From Pseudomonadota bacterium (GTDB lineage: Bacteria; Pseudomonadota; Alphaproteobacteria; Rhodospirillales; Casp-alpha2), in the NCBI GenBank assembly GCA_036337015.1, contig JAYZEZ010000007.1:553413-617412 (forward strand): a stretch of 64,000 bases of DNA. The letters run 5' to 3'. The notes under the pieces are model-generated. The model was not told where the DNA came from, did not search any database, and saw only the letters and a list, made by a program, of their open reading frames with translations. The first letter of the stretch is position 1, and the number at the start of each line of letters is the position of its first letter. Shown here piece after piece: positions 19,924 through 30,748 of the stretch. The position numbers and the translations under genes are program-made.

Positions 19924-21291
19924 TTAGTACGCATACTCTTTAAATATTGAATCAATGTTACCCTCCCAGCGTCCCTTATATGCCGCTAAAAGCTCATCGG
20001 CTGGAGTTAGACCAGAATGAACCGTTTGAAAAAGAGGTTTAATAAAGTGAGTTTCATCCATCCCAAGAGAATCGAAACATTTCCTATTAGTAAGGCCTTT
20101 ATGCGAAATTTGTAAAGTTTCTAACGCTATTTCAAGGAATGTCCTATTCCGAAAGGAAGTTTTAAGGGCTAGCCTCGGCACTTCAGCTCTAAGATAACTT
20201 AACTCTCCAATAGACCAGTCCTTAACTAAATCCCATGCAGCATCTCGCGCGGTTTCATCATAAAGCAATCCAATCCAAAAAGCAGGGAGTGCACAAAGCC
20301 TATTCCATGGCCCTCCATCAGTGCCACGCATCTCTATATATTGCTTTAGACGAACTTCTGGAAAAGCTGTGCTAATATGGTTAACCCAATCTTGCAACAA
20401 AGGTTTTTCGTTAGGTAATCCAGGAAGATTTCCTTCCAAAAAATCTCGAAAAGACTGGCCTGAAACATCAATGTATTCTCCATTACGAATAACAAAATAC
20501 ATTGGCACGTCAAGGAGATAATCTACATACCGCTCAAATCCAAACCCTTCTTCAAAAACAAAAGGAAGCATGCCACTACGATCAGGATCTGTATCAGTCC
20601 AAATGTGACTTCGATAGGAAAGAAAGCCTGACGGCTTTCCCTGTTTAAAAGGCGAATTTGCCCAAAGTGCCGTTGCCAACGGCTGTAGGGCTAGAGATAT
20701 CCTAAACATTTTGACCATTTCAGCTTCCGATGAAAAATCTAAATTAACCTGTACAGTGCAAGTAGACTGCATCATTTCAAGACCAAGCTGACCTTTTTGA
20801 GGCATGTATTTTTGCATAATCCTATATCGCCCTTTGGGCATCCACGGCATGTCTTTCGCTGTTAATTTAGGATGATAACCTAGTCCAATAAATCCAATGT
20901 CCAAATCTCGGGCAATGGCTTTAAGCTGTTGCAAATGACTAGAAACCTCATCACAAGTTTGATGAATATTTTCAAGTGGAGCCCCAGACAGTTCAATTTG
21001 TCCGGCAGGTTCTAGAGTTATATAACTACCATCAGGTTTAGAAAGAGCTATTGGATTATCCCCTTCAAATATTGGGGACCAGCCAAATCGGGTTAATCTA
21101 TCAAGAAGAGCGCGAACACCTGAAGGACCTTCATAATCTAAGGGGCTGTAGTCAAGTAAATGATAGCCAAACTTCTCATGTTCAGTACCCACCCTCCAAT
21201 CTTTTTTTGACTTACAGCCTGCCTCTAGGTACTCAATCAAATTTGTTTTATTTTCAATGGGCTTTTTTGCTAACTGTTTTTTAGAACTCAT
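19924..21291 (-). CDS. gshA: glutamate-cysteine ligase, plant/alphaproteobacterial type (GCS2 family)
   Basis: 455 aa. Length and sequence are typical of the plant-like GCL (GTEHEKFGY..., EPAGQIELSGAP). Confidence 0.88.
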   Translation of the reverse strand: MSSKKQLAKKPIENKTNLIEYLEAGCKSKKDWRVGTEHEKFGYHLLDYSPLDYEGPSGVRALLDRLTRFGWSPIFEGDNPIALSKPDGSYITLEPAGQIELSGAPLENIHQTCDEVSSHLQQLKAIARDLDIGFIGLGYHPKLTAKDMPWMPKGRYRIMQKYMPQKGQLGLEMMQSTCTVQVNLDFSSEAEMVKMFRISLALQPLATALWANSPFKQGKPSGFLSYRSHIWTDTDPDRSGMLPFVFEEGFGFERYVDYLLDVPMYFVIRNGEYIDVSGQSFRDFLEGNLPGLPNEKPLLQDWVNHISTAFPEVRLKQYIEMRGTDGGPWNRLCALPAFWIGLLYDETARDAAWDLVKDWSIGELSYLRAEVPRLALKTSFRNRTFLEIALETLQISHKGLTNRKCFDSLGMDETHFIKPLFQTVHSGLTPADELLAAYKGRWEGNIDSIFKEYAY

Positions 21292-21316
21292 AAACTAACC
21301 AATTCACGGATCAAGT

Positions 21317-22072
21317 CTAATTACTAATGCCAATGACAGCCTGCCAACAAGCAATGGCTGATAGTGCAGCTGTTTCGGCACGGAGAATGTGCGGCCCTAA
21401 ATCTATGCTAACTACGAAATCCAGTTCTCTAAAAGTTGCAAGCTCACTAGCATCAAACCCTCCCTCAGGTCCGGTCAAAAAACCACATTCCACAAATAAG
21501 CCATTAGCCTCATCGCACAAGTCATCAAGGGCTTGGATAATAGGTTGGCCGGCACCACTTTCATCTAAAACAAATAGCCGTCTATCTCTAGGCCACCACT
21601 TGATAAAGGCCTCTAACGATTTTGGCAAAGCTATTTCAGGAATGGTCAAGCGGCGACATTGTTCCGAAGCTCCAATAGCATTCATTTGCAATCTTGAAAT
21701 TTTAATTCGAGCAGAATTAGTGTTTTTTGTAAAAACTGGGCAAAAATACTGTGTACCTAATTCAGTTGCTTTTTCTATCATAAAATCTGTTCGCATTTTT
21801 TTAACTGGTGAAAAAGCCAGCCAAGGTCCTCGCCCTCTTGTCTGAGGACGAGTTTGATCTTTTACTGTAACTAAACAAGTTTTTTTATCAATTGACTTTA
21901 TAATGCCACACCACTCGCCATCTTTTCCATTAAATAGAAAAATTCTATCTCCGGCTTCTAAACGCATGACATTAGATACATAATGAAATTGGGCAAAAGA
22001 AAGATTTATACAAGTCCCATTTTTAAGTGGCTTATCAACAAAAAGGCGAATATTTAAGCTTGATTGCGTCAT
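21317..22072 (-). CDS. rsmE: 16S rRNA (uracil1498-N3)-methyltransferase RsmE
   Basis: PUA-like N-terminus, SPOUT C-terminus with the GPEGGF motif (LTGPEGGFDASE) and LGPHILRAETA. Confidence 0.9.
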   Translation of the reverse strand: MTQSSLNIRLFVDKPLKNGTCINLSFAQFHYVSNVMRLEAGDRIFLFNGKDGEWCGIIKSIDKKTCLVTVKDQTRPQTRGRGPWLAFSPVKKMRTDFMIEKATELGTQYFCPVFTKNTNSARIKISRLQMNAIGASEQCRRLTIPEIALPKSLEAFIKWWPRDRRLFVLDESGAGQPIIQALDDLCDEANGLFVECGFLTGPEGGFDASELATFRELDFVVSIDLGPHILRAETAALSAIACWQAVIGISN

Positions 22073-22139
22073 GTGAAAATCAATTATTAATAACGATTCT
22101 AATTAGGGAACATTTTGTTCTTGTGTTAAAATATTTTAT

Positions 22140-24290
22140 TTAACTAGTTAAATTTTTCTGAGCCCAAAATACATACATTCCCTTGAATGATTCTGGATTT
22201 TTAAGCTCAAAATTATGCCAGCAATCTAGTGACCTCAAGGCCTGTTCTTCTGGAAATAATTTGTGAAATCGCTGGGCAATATCAGGTGATGGAAGCTCAA
22301 ATCCCAAGAAAGATAAATCCAAAGTGTTTAAAGCCTTTTCAATTTCAAGAAGTGTGTATCGGTGTTCTTGAGTATGAAATATCATATCTCTACAACCGCT
22401 CAAACTATAGAAGTCTACTGTATCAATAATATACTTCATGTGATAATTCTTTTGCGCCAATTTTATAATTTCCTTCCTGCAGCGCCTAATATCATTTGCC
22501 GAATTTTTAAACCCATTTTCAGAAATATATGCTCGAGCTTTTTTAATGCTTTTGCGACCAATTTCACTATAAAGAGCGATCCTCATAAGCCCTCCAGGAT
22601 AAAGAATTTTTTGTAGAACTCTCCAACCATCTAGTGGATTTTTCATGTGATGAAGAACCCCTGTACATTCGATAATTTTGAAACTTTGTCCTACGTCGGC
22701 AAGCTCTAAAATGTCTCCTTGGACATATTCTATGTTTTCATAGCCTAATTCCTGAGACTTACGCATGGCATATGCGAGACTAGCACGGCTAAGGTCCAGG
22801 GCCATTATCCGGGCATCCAAGTATTTAGATGCAGCATTAAGAGACTGTTTTCCCGTCCCGCAACCAGCAATCAAAACTTCTGGTTTTCTAAAAAACTCAA
22901 TGTTATCGCCCTTCAAAAAAATATTGTGGCCATTAAGAATATCTTCGATAGGCTGGGAACAATCAGATAAGTCTACACGCATCCAAATAGGATATGGGTT
23001 TTCTTCATATTGCTGTAGTACAGCTTTAGATACAGAGTCCTTTATTGAAGTAAGGGCTGGAACTGAATTCCGAAAAGACCTCTCTTTCAATGGCTCGATC
23101 ACTTGCTGGTTTATAACCTCTTCTACGACATCTGGCCATTCGGTTCCTAACAATTGGTCGGCCCAAGAAATTGTATGCAATGGTCTGTAGGCAGCCACCA
23201 TTAAAAGCCAGTCATGTGGTAATATGTTATTTTGTTCTATGATTACAGCAATGTTTTTATTTAAACTCTCTAAAAAAGCCGTTTCTTCGGGCGTTTCCTC
23301 GAAAAGATATTCATTGTTAAAACATAACTGTGCCAATGCAGATAAAAATTTTACGCAAGACAAGCAGTTAATTTTATTTATCACATTACCTAAAAGGCCC
23401 TTCCGGAGAACTTGCAATAAGTTTTCAACCTCTGGAACCGTAATAGGGCAAAGTACCATGATTTGGAGCAAAAGCGGAATTTGCGAAAAGGAATTACCTG
23501 CTTTTAAAAAGTCGGAATGGCATTTTAATTTATCCAATTTATTAGCTTCCAGAACACCTGAAAATTCATTATCAAAGTTTAGTGCACTAAAAATTGACCT
23601 TACAAATGAACCTGGTGATACTGTTCGTTGTTTTAAAAGATTTAATAAATCATCATAAAGAAAATCATCTTTTTCAACAAAGGCCACGCGAGATAAACAG
23701 TTCGCCCAACAAGACCAATACACCCCCTGCTCTGGCTGCAACGTTGCAGCATTACGAAGATAAACGGATGCTTCCCCATAGTGCCCAATTTCAAGCAAGC
23801 TTGTACCAAGAGAGAAGTGAGCCTCAGGAAATTCAGGACAAATACTCAAGGCTTTGCGATAATTCTTTTCTGCTTCAGAAAAACGTGCGGTAGCCTTTAG
23901 ACAGTCGCCTAAAACTTTATAAGTCGCCGCATCTTCACTCAGAGCTAGCACTTGACGAAATTGATTCTCAGCCCTTTCAACCAAACCAATTTTTAAGAAA
24001 ATATCCCCTAAAAATTTTTGCGCATCCACATCGTTAGGATTGTTTATCACTACTTTACTAATCAAATTTCCTGCTGTGTCAAAATCGTTAGTGGCAAATG
24101 CAACGCGTGCAAGAAGAGTATTTGCAGCAGCATTATCTGGATCTAAATCAAGCACCTTATTTACAGAAGCTTTGGTTTTGGAATAATTAAGCTTACGAAA
24201 GTGGTGAACTGCTCGATCGTATTCTCGACTAATTACTCTTTTGGCCTGCCTCGACAAAGGCCTAGCAAATTTATCAGAATCTAATCTCAT
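22140..24290 (-). CDS. TPR-repeat protein fused to a class I SAM-dependent methyltransferase
   Basis: TPR repeats in the first ~230 aa. An unassigned middle region. The C-terminal methyltransferase has motif I VLIAGCGTGKQS and post-I DLSRASL. Confidence 0.85.
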   Translation of the reverse strand: MRLDSDKFARPLSRQAKRVISREYDRAVHHFRKLNYSKTKASVNKVLDLDPDNAAANTLLARVAFATNDFDTAGNLISKVVINNPNDVDAQKFLGDIFLKIGLVERAENQFRQVLALSEDAATYKVLGDCLKATARFSEAEKNYRKALSICPEFPEAHFSLGTSLLEIGHYGEASVYLRNAATLQPEQGVYWSCWANCLSRVAFVEKDDFLYDDLLNLLKQRTVSPGSFVRSIFSALNFDNEFSGVLEANKLDKLKCHSDFLKAGNSFSQIPLLLQIMVLCPITVPEVENLLQVLRKGLLGNVINKINCLSCVKFLSALAQLCFNNEYLFEETPEETAFLESLNKNIAVIIEQNNILPHDWLLMVAAYRPLHTISWADQLLGTEWPDVVEEVINQQVIEPLKERSFRNSVPALTSIKDSVSKAVLQQYEENPYPIWMRVDLSDCSQPIEDILNGHNIFLKGDNIEFFRKPEVLIAGCGTGKQSLNAASKYLDARIMALDLSRASLAYAMRKSQELGYENIEYVQGDILELADVGQSFKIIECTGVLHHMKNPLDGWRVLQKILYPGGLMRIALYSEIGRKSIKKARAYISENGFKNSANDIRRCRKEIIKLAQKNYHMKYIIDTVDFYSLSGCRDMIFHTQEHRYTLLEIEKALNTLDLSFLGFELPSPDIAQRFHKLFPEEQALRSLDCWHNFELKNPESFKGMYVFWAQKNLTS

Positions 24291-24478
24291 CTTAATTCCA
24301 TTAAAAATAAATATTTATTATTACCAATGGGAAGAGGTTTTATTTTAATCTTATATTTAATTTGCTACTCCCCATTATTCTCATCTAACACTAATTATAA
24401 TTGAGGCTTTTTATAGTATAGGCATTTCTATAATATAGTTTCATAGTTATTCAATTTTGTCTGAACGTACTATATCTA

Positions 24479-25978
24479 ATGGCAAAGCATAGAAAAAATC
24501 GAAAAAGCGCTGTGTCCAAACTTCAGTCCCAGAAAGATGAAATAACCCATGCGCTTCAAAGGGGCAAACAACAGCTCCAAGCCGGTCACTTGCTCGAAGC
24601 AAAAAATATTTATAGGCATATTTTAGAGACAGATCCTAATAATCCTATTGCATTAAGCATGATGGGACTTGTGGCTTGCAAAGATGGAGAACAAAAAATA
24701 GCTCTCGAATTTATGACTGAAGCTATAGAAATTAAGCCTGAAATTGCAACATCACACGAAAACCTAGGTGTATTGCTGCTTGAAATGGGTGAAATAAATG
24801 ATGCTATCATTAGCTTCAAAAATGCTCTCGCAATTCAACCTAACTTTGCCAGTGCTCACTTTAATTTAGGAAGTGCATTTCAAAAGTTAGGTCAGCAAAA
24901 AAATGCAATTGATAGTTTTCTTAAAAGCCTGAAACTCACTCCCGAACACTCACAAGCGAAAATTTATGCACAATTAGGATATGCCTTAAATTCACTTGGT
25001 GAAAAAAAAGAAGCACTAAAACATTTTAAAAAAAATTTAGAGCTTAATAGGTTAAAAAACTTTATTGATCCTAACGATATTTCTATACGCTTCATATCCA
25101 AACCAAAAATTAACCATGACATAGAACAATTCAAGTATTTAAATTCTTTAGGAAATAACTTTAAGCGTTTTGGAAAACTTGCTCAAATTTATGAGAACTT
25201 GCGTGAAGAAATTGATTGGTCTAGTGGGGACGGCTTTCTTATTCCTCTCACCGAAAAACAACGGCTTATAATTAATGACAGCTATGGGCGCCCAATTCAT
25301 ATTAATGAAGCACCTGAATTGCCAGGGTCAACTCTAAACACAAACCTTAATATCGAGAAAATTACGGAATCATATTTTAAAAACTCACCCGGGCTAAGCA
25401 CCATCGACAACTTATTGACCCCCAGCGCCCTATCAGCACTAAGACAATTTTTATTGGAGAGTACTATATGGTTTCACGTTAAAAAAAATGGATATGTTGG
25501 AACTTATATGCAGGATGGAATGGCTTGCCCACTACTCCTTCAGATTGCAGAAGATATACGTCAAACTTTTTCTCCCATTATTAAAGGACGACCCCTTAAA
25601 CAATTTTGGGCTTATAAATACGGCTCTACTGAAAAAGGCATAAACATTCATGCCGATGACGCATATGTCAATTTAAACTTTTGGGTTTCTCTTGATTCAG
25701 CAAATTTGAAGCCAAACCACGGGGGACTTGTAGTTTATATGGTGGAAGCACCAGATGACTGGTCACATAACGTTTATTATACCGGTGATAACACGGATCA
25801 CATTTATGAGTATTTAAATCAACACGAAGATAACCGGCAGATCGTTCCACATAGGGAAAATCGTGGTGTGATTTTTAATTCTGACTTGTTTCACGAAACC
25901 GACATTATTGACTTCAAATCCGGTTACGAAAATCACCGAATTAGCGTTACAATGCTTTACGGAAACCGTGGAGACTGA
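24479..25978 (+). CDS. TPR-repeat protein with C-terminal 2OG-Fe(II) oxygenase-like domain
   Basis: TPR repeats at aa ~30-190. The C-terminal region has an HxD...H...RxS pattern (H391-A-D393, H472, R487-I-S489) with the spacing expected for a double-stranded beta-helix dioxygenase. Confidence 0.75.
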   Translation: MAKHRKNRKSAVSKLQSQKDEITHALQRGKQQLQAGHLLEAKNIYRHILETDPNNPIALSMMGLVACKDGEQKIALEFMTEAIEIKPEIATSHENLGVLLLEMGEINDAIISFKNALAIQPNFASAHFNLGSAFQKLGQQKNAIDSFLKSLKLTPEHSQAKIYAQLGYALNSLGEKKEALKHFKKNLELNRLKNFIDPNDISIRFISKPKINHDIEQFKYLNSLGNNFKRFGKLAQIYENLREEIDWSSGDGFLIPLTEKQRLIINDSYGRPIHINEAPELPGSTLNTNLNIEKITESYFKNSPGLSTIDNLLTPSALSALRQFLLESTIWFHVKKNGYVGTYMQDGMACPLLLQIAEDIRQTFSPIIKGRPLKQFWAYKYGSTEKGINIHADDAYVNLNFWVSLDSANLKPNHGGLVVYMVEAPDDWSHNVYYTGDNTDHIYEYLNQHEDNRQIVPHRENRGVIFNSDLFHETDIIDFKSGYENHRISVTMLYGNRGD

Positions 25979-26119
25979 TGGCTCTTAAAGCCATCTATTG
26001 AAGTTGGCCTTTTTTTCGTTTTATAGATTTAAAATTGTTTTATATAATCAAAAGTAATTAATAGGAATCTGAGGACTAAAATAATTTTAGATTACGAAAT
26101 CTATTTATTTTTTTAAATT

Positions 26120-27040
26120 ATGACCAATAAATCCTATAACTCCCCAGCGGATTTTTCTGAAAAAAAATGGATTAATGGTTTTATCTGTAAAAATATCAAA
26201 CCTTACATACACCTAGCTCGTTTAGATAAGCCTATCGGAACCTGGTTACTAGTACTGCCATGTTGGTGGAGTGTTTCATTGGCATCCCCAACATGGCCAG
26301 ACTTAAAACTTATGTTTCTTTTTGCAATAGGCGCTATAGCTATGAGAGGGGCTGGATGTGTTATTAATGATATCATAGATCGCAAATTTGATGCGCATGT
26401 GGCACGAACTTCTAATCGGCCTATAGCTAGTGGTAAAATAAGTGTTTTTAGAGCACTTGTTTTCCTTGGTTTGCTTTTAGGTTCTGGATTGATCGTATTA
26501 CTTCAATTCAATAACTTTTCTATAATCTTAGGGGTATCCTCACTTATATTAATAGTTCTTTATCCGTTTATGAAAAGATTCACTTACTGGCCACAATTAT
26601 TTCTTGGATTTACTTTTAATTGGGGAGCCTTACTTGGCTGGGCAGCAGTAACAGAAAATATTTCCACTTCAGCATTTGTTCTTTATTTAGCGGGGATTTT
26701 TTGGACATTAGGGTACGACACAATCTACGCCCATCAAGATAAAAAAGATGATATTTTAATTGGTGTTAAATCAACGGCCCTTAAATTTGGTGAATCAACT
26801 TCCAAATGGTTATTTGGATTTTATACAACGAGTATTATGTTATTGCTAATAGCAGGTTTTATTGTTGATATTTATTGGCCTTTCTATTTAAGTCTTTTAT
26901 TTGGAAGCCTACACCTAGCCTGGCAAGTCAAAAGTATAGATATTTCAGATCCAAAAAATTGTTTAACCAGGTTCCAATCTAATCGAAATTTTGGACTTAT
27001 TGTTTTGATTGGAATTATCCTAGCAAAAACTAGTGGCTAA
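26120..27040 (+). CDS. ubiA: 4-hydroxybenzoate polyprenyltransferase
   Basis: Polytopic membrane protein with NDIIDRKFD and YAHQDKKDD aspartate-rich motifs. Confidence 0.93.
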   Translation: MTNKSYNSPADFSEKKWINGFICKNIKPYIHLARLDKPIGTWLLVLPCWWSVSLASPTWPDLKLMFLFAIGAIAMRGAGCVINDIIDRKFDAHVARTSNRPIASGKISVFRALVFLGLLLGSGLIVLLQFNNFSIILGVSSLILIVLYPFMKRFTYWPQLFLGFTFNWGALLGWAAVTENISTSAFVLYLAGIFWTLGYDTIYAHQDKKDDILIGVKSTALKFGESTSKWLFGFYTTSIMLLLIAGFIVDIYWPFYLSLLFGSLHLAWQVKSIDISDPKNCLTRFQSNRNFGLIVLIGIILAKTSG

Positions 27041-27121
27041 TTTAAACACAAGAGCCCAAACTGATTGCAATATTTAAAACATAATTATTGAAACACTAGC
27101 GGCTCACTAAAAATTACTAAT

Positions 27122-28918
27122 TTAGTCATCTTCTATGTATTGACTTATATCCACTTCATCAAGCTGTTCAGATTTTAAATAATTTTCAGCGTAAGTCTTA
27201 TAAATTCCAGAAGTTAGGAACAACTTAAATAAATCTGAGTCAATATGTTTATCTTCCTTCATAAATGACATGATTCTAATGCTTTCACTCAGTTTTTTTG
27301 GCATTTTATATGGACGATCTGCAGCAGTAAGTGCTTCAAATATATCTGCGATTGCCATTATTTTTGAGGGGATTGACATGTTCTCTTTAGTTAATTTTCT
27401 TGGATATCCTGTACCATCTAATTTTTCATGATGGCCACCTGCATATTCGGGTACTCGCTTTAAATTTTCCGGAAAAGGGAGCTGTTCTAACATTATTATA
27501 GTTTGCACAATATGATCGTTAATTTTAAACCGTTCTTCTTTTGTTAAAGTGCCTTTGGGGATACTTAGATTATAAATTTCGCCTAAATTGAACTTCAATT
27601 TTGGCACATCCAGTTTGAAACCATATGATCGTTCCAATTCCGATAGCCGCTTTTCATCACGTAAAAAGATATGATCTTCTCTATCATCAAGTAATTTTTC
27701 TTTAACAGGCAATTTAGTTGCGGGGGTCCTCTCAGAACGAAGTTTTTCTGCTTTAGAAATACCAATTCGGTTATCCAATGTCCTAGTCCAAGTGATATCG
27801 GCAATTTTTTTTATTCGTTCAATATGCTCGGGATCCATAAACTCCCCCCCTAAATTTGATTTGGCTATAAAATTAAAATCATCATCTAATTTTGCCAACT
27901 TTCGGTCCAAATCAAGGCGCAATTCATCTGTATCACCTTCCCCATCAATTATAGCCTTTAAATAGGCAATCTCAGTTTCACGTTTGACCACTTCAAAACG
28001 TGTCCGTATCTCATGTATGCGGTCATAGATAGTTTCTAATTTTGTCGCTTTGTCTACAACGTATTCTGGAGTTGTCACTTTTCCACAATCATGCAACCAA
28101 GCTGCAATATGCAATTCATACCATTCGTCATCATTAAGTTTAAAATCAGCAAACGGTCCGTCTGGCTCATTACAAGCAGCTTGGGCTAGCATCTTCGTAA
28201 GTTCAGGGACTCGTTGGCAATGACCACCTGTATAGGGGGATTTAGAATCTATTGCGGAACCAATTAACTCTATAAAAGAATCTAGTAAGGCCTTTTGTCC
28301 ATCCAGAAGCTGTTTATTGTCCAGCGCCATCGCTGCTTGTGAAGCTAAAGCCTCAATCAAAGGTTGAACCTTTTTCCCAAATGGAATTATTTGATTCGTA
28401 CTCAAATGTTTAGCGTTTAATAACTGTAAAACTCCTATGACCTTATTTTGAGAATTCTTCATCGGCACTGTTAAGAAAGACTTTGATCTGTAACCAGTGG
28501 CCTCATCAAATTTTTTAGTACCAGAAAAGTCGTAGTCCTTAGAACTATACGCGTCTTTTATATTAATAGACTTTCCAGTTAATGCTACACTGCTCGCAAC
28601 ATTAGAATGATTTTCTTCGCCTGTCTTGCGATCCAGCAATCTAACCGGTGGATAGGTGATTTTTTTCCCAGAAGTACCGCCCATAAACAAATCGAGTGAA
28701 TCCGTGTTCATAATTTCAAACTTAAGGCTGCCATCACTATCTGATAAGTAAAGAGTACCCCCGTCAGCATTTGACAAGCTTTTAGCCTCAAGAAGAATAG
28801 TCTCTAGCAACCTATTGGTATCGCGCTCTGCAGATAAAGCGATTCCTATTTTAATTAAGCGCTCAAAGCTGGAGTTATCTTTTTCTTGTAATTTTGATTT
28901 AGTTTTTTTTACCATCAA
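27122..28918 (-). CDS. GAF domain / HD-GYP domain protein (probable cyclic-di-GMP phosphodiesterase)
   Basis: GAF-like N-terminal half. HD motif (AAWLHDCGK) and HHEKLDGTGYP motif. Confidence 0.88.
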   Translation of the reverse strand: MMVKKTKSKLQEKDNSSFERLIKIGIALSAERDTNRLLETILLEAKSLSNADGGTLYLSDSDGSLKFEIMNTDSLDLFMGGTSGKKITYPPVRLLDRKTGEENHSNVASSVALTGKSINIKDAYSSKDYDFSGTKKFDEATGYRSKSFLTVPMKNSQNKVIGVLQLLNAKHLSTNQIIPFGKKVQPLIEALASQAAMALDNKQLLDGQKALLDSFIELIGSAIDSKSPYTGGHCQRVPELTKMLAQAACNEPDGPFADFKLNDDEWYELHIAAWLHDCGKVTTPEYVVDKATKLETIYDRIHEIRTRFEVVKRETEIAYLKAIIDGEGDTDELRLDLDRKLAKLDDDFNFIAKSNLGGEFMDPEHIERIKKIADITWTRTLDNRIGISKAEKLRSERTPATKLPVKEKLLDDREDHIFLRDEKRLSELERSYGFKLDVPKLKFNLGEIYNLSIPKGTLTKEERFKINDHIVQTIIMLEQLPFPENLKRVPEYAGGHHEKLDGTGYPRKLTKENMSIPSKIMAIADIFEALTAADRPYKMPKKLSESIRIMSFMKEDKHIDSDLFKLFLTSGIYKTYAENYLKSEQLDEVDISQYIEDD

Positions 28919-29125
28919 TTTTTCACCAACACGATACCATGAAATTAATCTTATTAAGGCTAACGTAAAATGGTGGGTGTAAGCACCATGTCTTTTAGTT
29001 TAAAATGTTGTAAATATAGTAAATTACAAATTTTTAGCTACACTTTCTAAATAGCATTATATGGACTTTAGCAGCAGAACCATCATAGGTTACCAATAAT
29101 CTACTAAAACTATAAAAATGATATT

Positions 29126-30649
29126 ATGGCATATTCTTCTTTACGAGACTTCATTGAAAATCTTGAACAAAGTTCAAATCTAGTTCGCGTTTCAGAACCC
29201 GTTTCTCCAAATCTAGAAATGACTGAAATACAAACGCGACTGTTAGATGATAAAGGACCCGCAGTATTATTTGAAAACGTTATTCGAAAAGATGGGACAC
29301 CCTATGGAATACCTGTATTGGTTAACCTTTTTGGCACAGTCCAAAGGGTAGCGTATGGTATGAATCGTGAGACACACCAGCTACGTGAAATTGGTGACAC
29401 ACTAGCTTATCTTCGCCAACCGTCTCCACCAGATGGAATACGTGGGGCAATGAAAACACTACCCCTAATAAAAACAATTATGGCTATGAAACCAAAAGTT
29501 GTTCACTCTGCCCCTTGTCAAGAAATTGTCTTAACTGGAAGCGATATAAATCTTTCTAAGCTTCCTATTCAAACCTGCTGGCCAGACGAACCAGCTCCGC
29601 TTATTACATGGCCACTAGTCGTTACGCAAGGACCTGAAGCCGCACTTAATGATGGAGATAGTCGCGACAACTTTAATTTAGGCATTTACCGAATGCAGGT
29701 GATTTCAAAAAACAAAACCTTCATGCGGTGGCTAAAACACCGCGGCGGCGCACAACATCATGCTAGATGGGCTAATTCTCGCAAAGATCCTCTACCCGCT
29801 GCTGCTATCATAGGCGCTGATCCGGGAACTATTATTGCTGCTGTAACGCCCTTGCCAGATACCTTATCTGAGTATCATTTTGCAGGACTACTAAGGCAAA
29901 AAAAAGTTGATCTTGTAGATTGCAAAACAATACCTCTAAAGGTTCCAGCACAAGCTGAAATTATTCTTGAAGGCCATGTATCACTCAAAGAGTATGGCGA
30001 CGAGGGACCATATGGTGATCATACAGGATTTTACAATTCTAAGGAAGCCTTCCCAGTTTTTACAATCAGCGCGATCACTATGCGAAAAAATCCTATTTAT
30101 CTTTCAACTTTCACAGGAAGGCCTCCCGATGAGCCTTCAGTTCTTGGAGAAGCTCTCAACGATGTCTTTGTCCCACTTTTAATACAACAATTTCCGGAAA
30201 TCGTTGATTTTTGGCTACCGCCCGAGGCGTGTTCTTACAGAGTTTGTATAATATCTATTCAGAAAGCTTATCCTGGTCACGCCAAGCGTATAATGATGGC
30301 AGTATGGTCCTATCTGAGACAATTTATGTATACTAAATTTGTAATTATTGTTGACGAAGATATAAATGCACGAGATTGGAAAGATGTGATATGGGCAATG
30401 TCCACAAATGTGGATCCAGCTCGTGATGTAACTTTAATCGAAAACACGCCTATTGATTATCTAGATTTTGCATCGCCAGAATCAGGACTTGGTTCAAAAA
30501 TGGGCATTGATGCCACAAAAAAAATACCACCGGAAACTAAACGTGAATGGGGGCGAAAAATTAAAATGACAGATGATATAGTTGAAACAGTTACCAAAAA
30601 ATGGGGAGACTATGGTCTTCCGGGTAAGGGCAAACCAATTTGGAAATAA
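29126..30649 (+). CDS. ubiD: UbiD family decarboxylase (4-hydroxy-3-polyprenylbenzoate decarboxylase)
   Basis: 507 aa with a full-length UbiD-like sequence ([10 protein letters not shown]..., GIYRMQV, GDHTGFY). Confidence 0.93.
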   Translation: MAYSSLRDFIENLEQSSNLVRVSEPVSPNLEMTEIQTRLLDDKGPAVLFENVIRKDGTPYGIPVLVNLFGTVQRVAYGMNRETHQLREIGDTLAYLRQPSPPDGIRGAMKTLPLIKTIMAMKPKVVHSAPCQEIVLTGSDINLSKLPIQTCWPDEPAPLITWPLVVTQGPEAALNDGDSRDNFNLGIYRMQVISKNKTFMRWLKHRGGAQHHARWANSRKDPLPAAAIIGADPGTIIAAVTPLPDTLSEYHFAGLLRQKKVDLVDCKTIPLKVPAQAEIILEGHVSLKEYGDEGPYGDHTGFYNSKEAFPVFTISAITMRKNPIYLSTFTGRPPDEPSVLGEALNDVFVPLLIQQFPEIVDFWLPPEACSYRVCIISIQKAYPGHAKRIMMAVWSYLRQFMYTKFVIIVDEDINARDWKDVIWAMSTNVDPARDVTLIENTPIDYLDFASPESGLGSKMGIDATKKIPPETKREWGRKIKMTDDIVETVTKKWGDYGLPGKGKPIWK

Positions 30650-30748
30650 GTTAAATTTTTATCTCTTAATTTTAGCCGGTTGACGAGATCCACCTCCCCA
30701 CTTAGTTTTCCGCGATAGGCTGCTTGTAATCCTGGAACTTTTAGACTT

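Noticed and set aside
21327-21845. 172-aa plus-strand ORF
   Set aside because: It is antisense to rsmE, which has the diagnostic GPEGGF motif. It is a shadow ORF. The same reasoning applies to the 22765-23893 plus-strand ORFs inside the TPR-methyltransferase gene and to the 41016-41939 minus-strand ORFs inside the YdiJ-like gene.
24306-24319. 14-bp palindrome AATAAATATTTATT in the divergent TPR-gene promoter region
   Set aside because: It is pure A/T and low-complexity. It is plausibly chance or generic promoter DNA, and it is not comparable to the 40-bp mixed-sequence palindrome at 39787.
25977-26016. Hairpin GATGGCT-CTTAA-AGCCATC overlapping the stop codon of the TPR-oxygenase gene, with a T7 run downstream
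   Set aside because: The T-run begins about 14 nt after the stem rather than abutting it, so it does not meet the usual intrinsic-terminator geometry. It may still pause or terminate transcription, but I cannot support the call.
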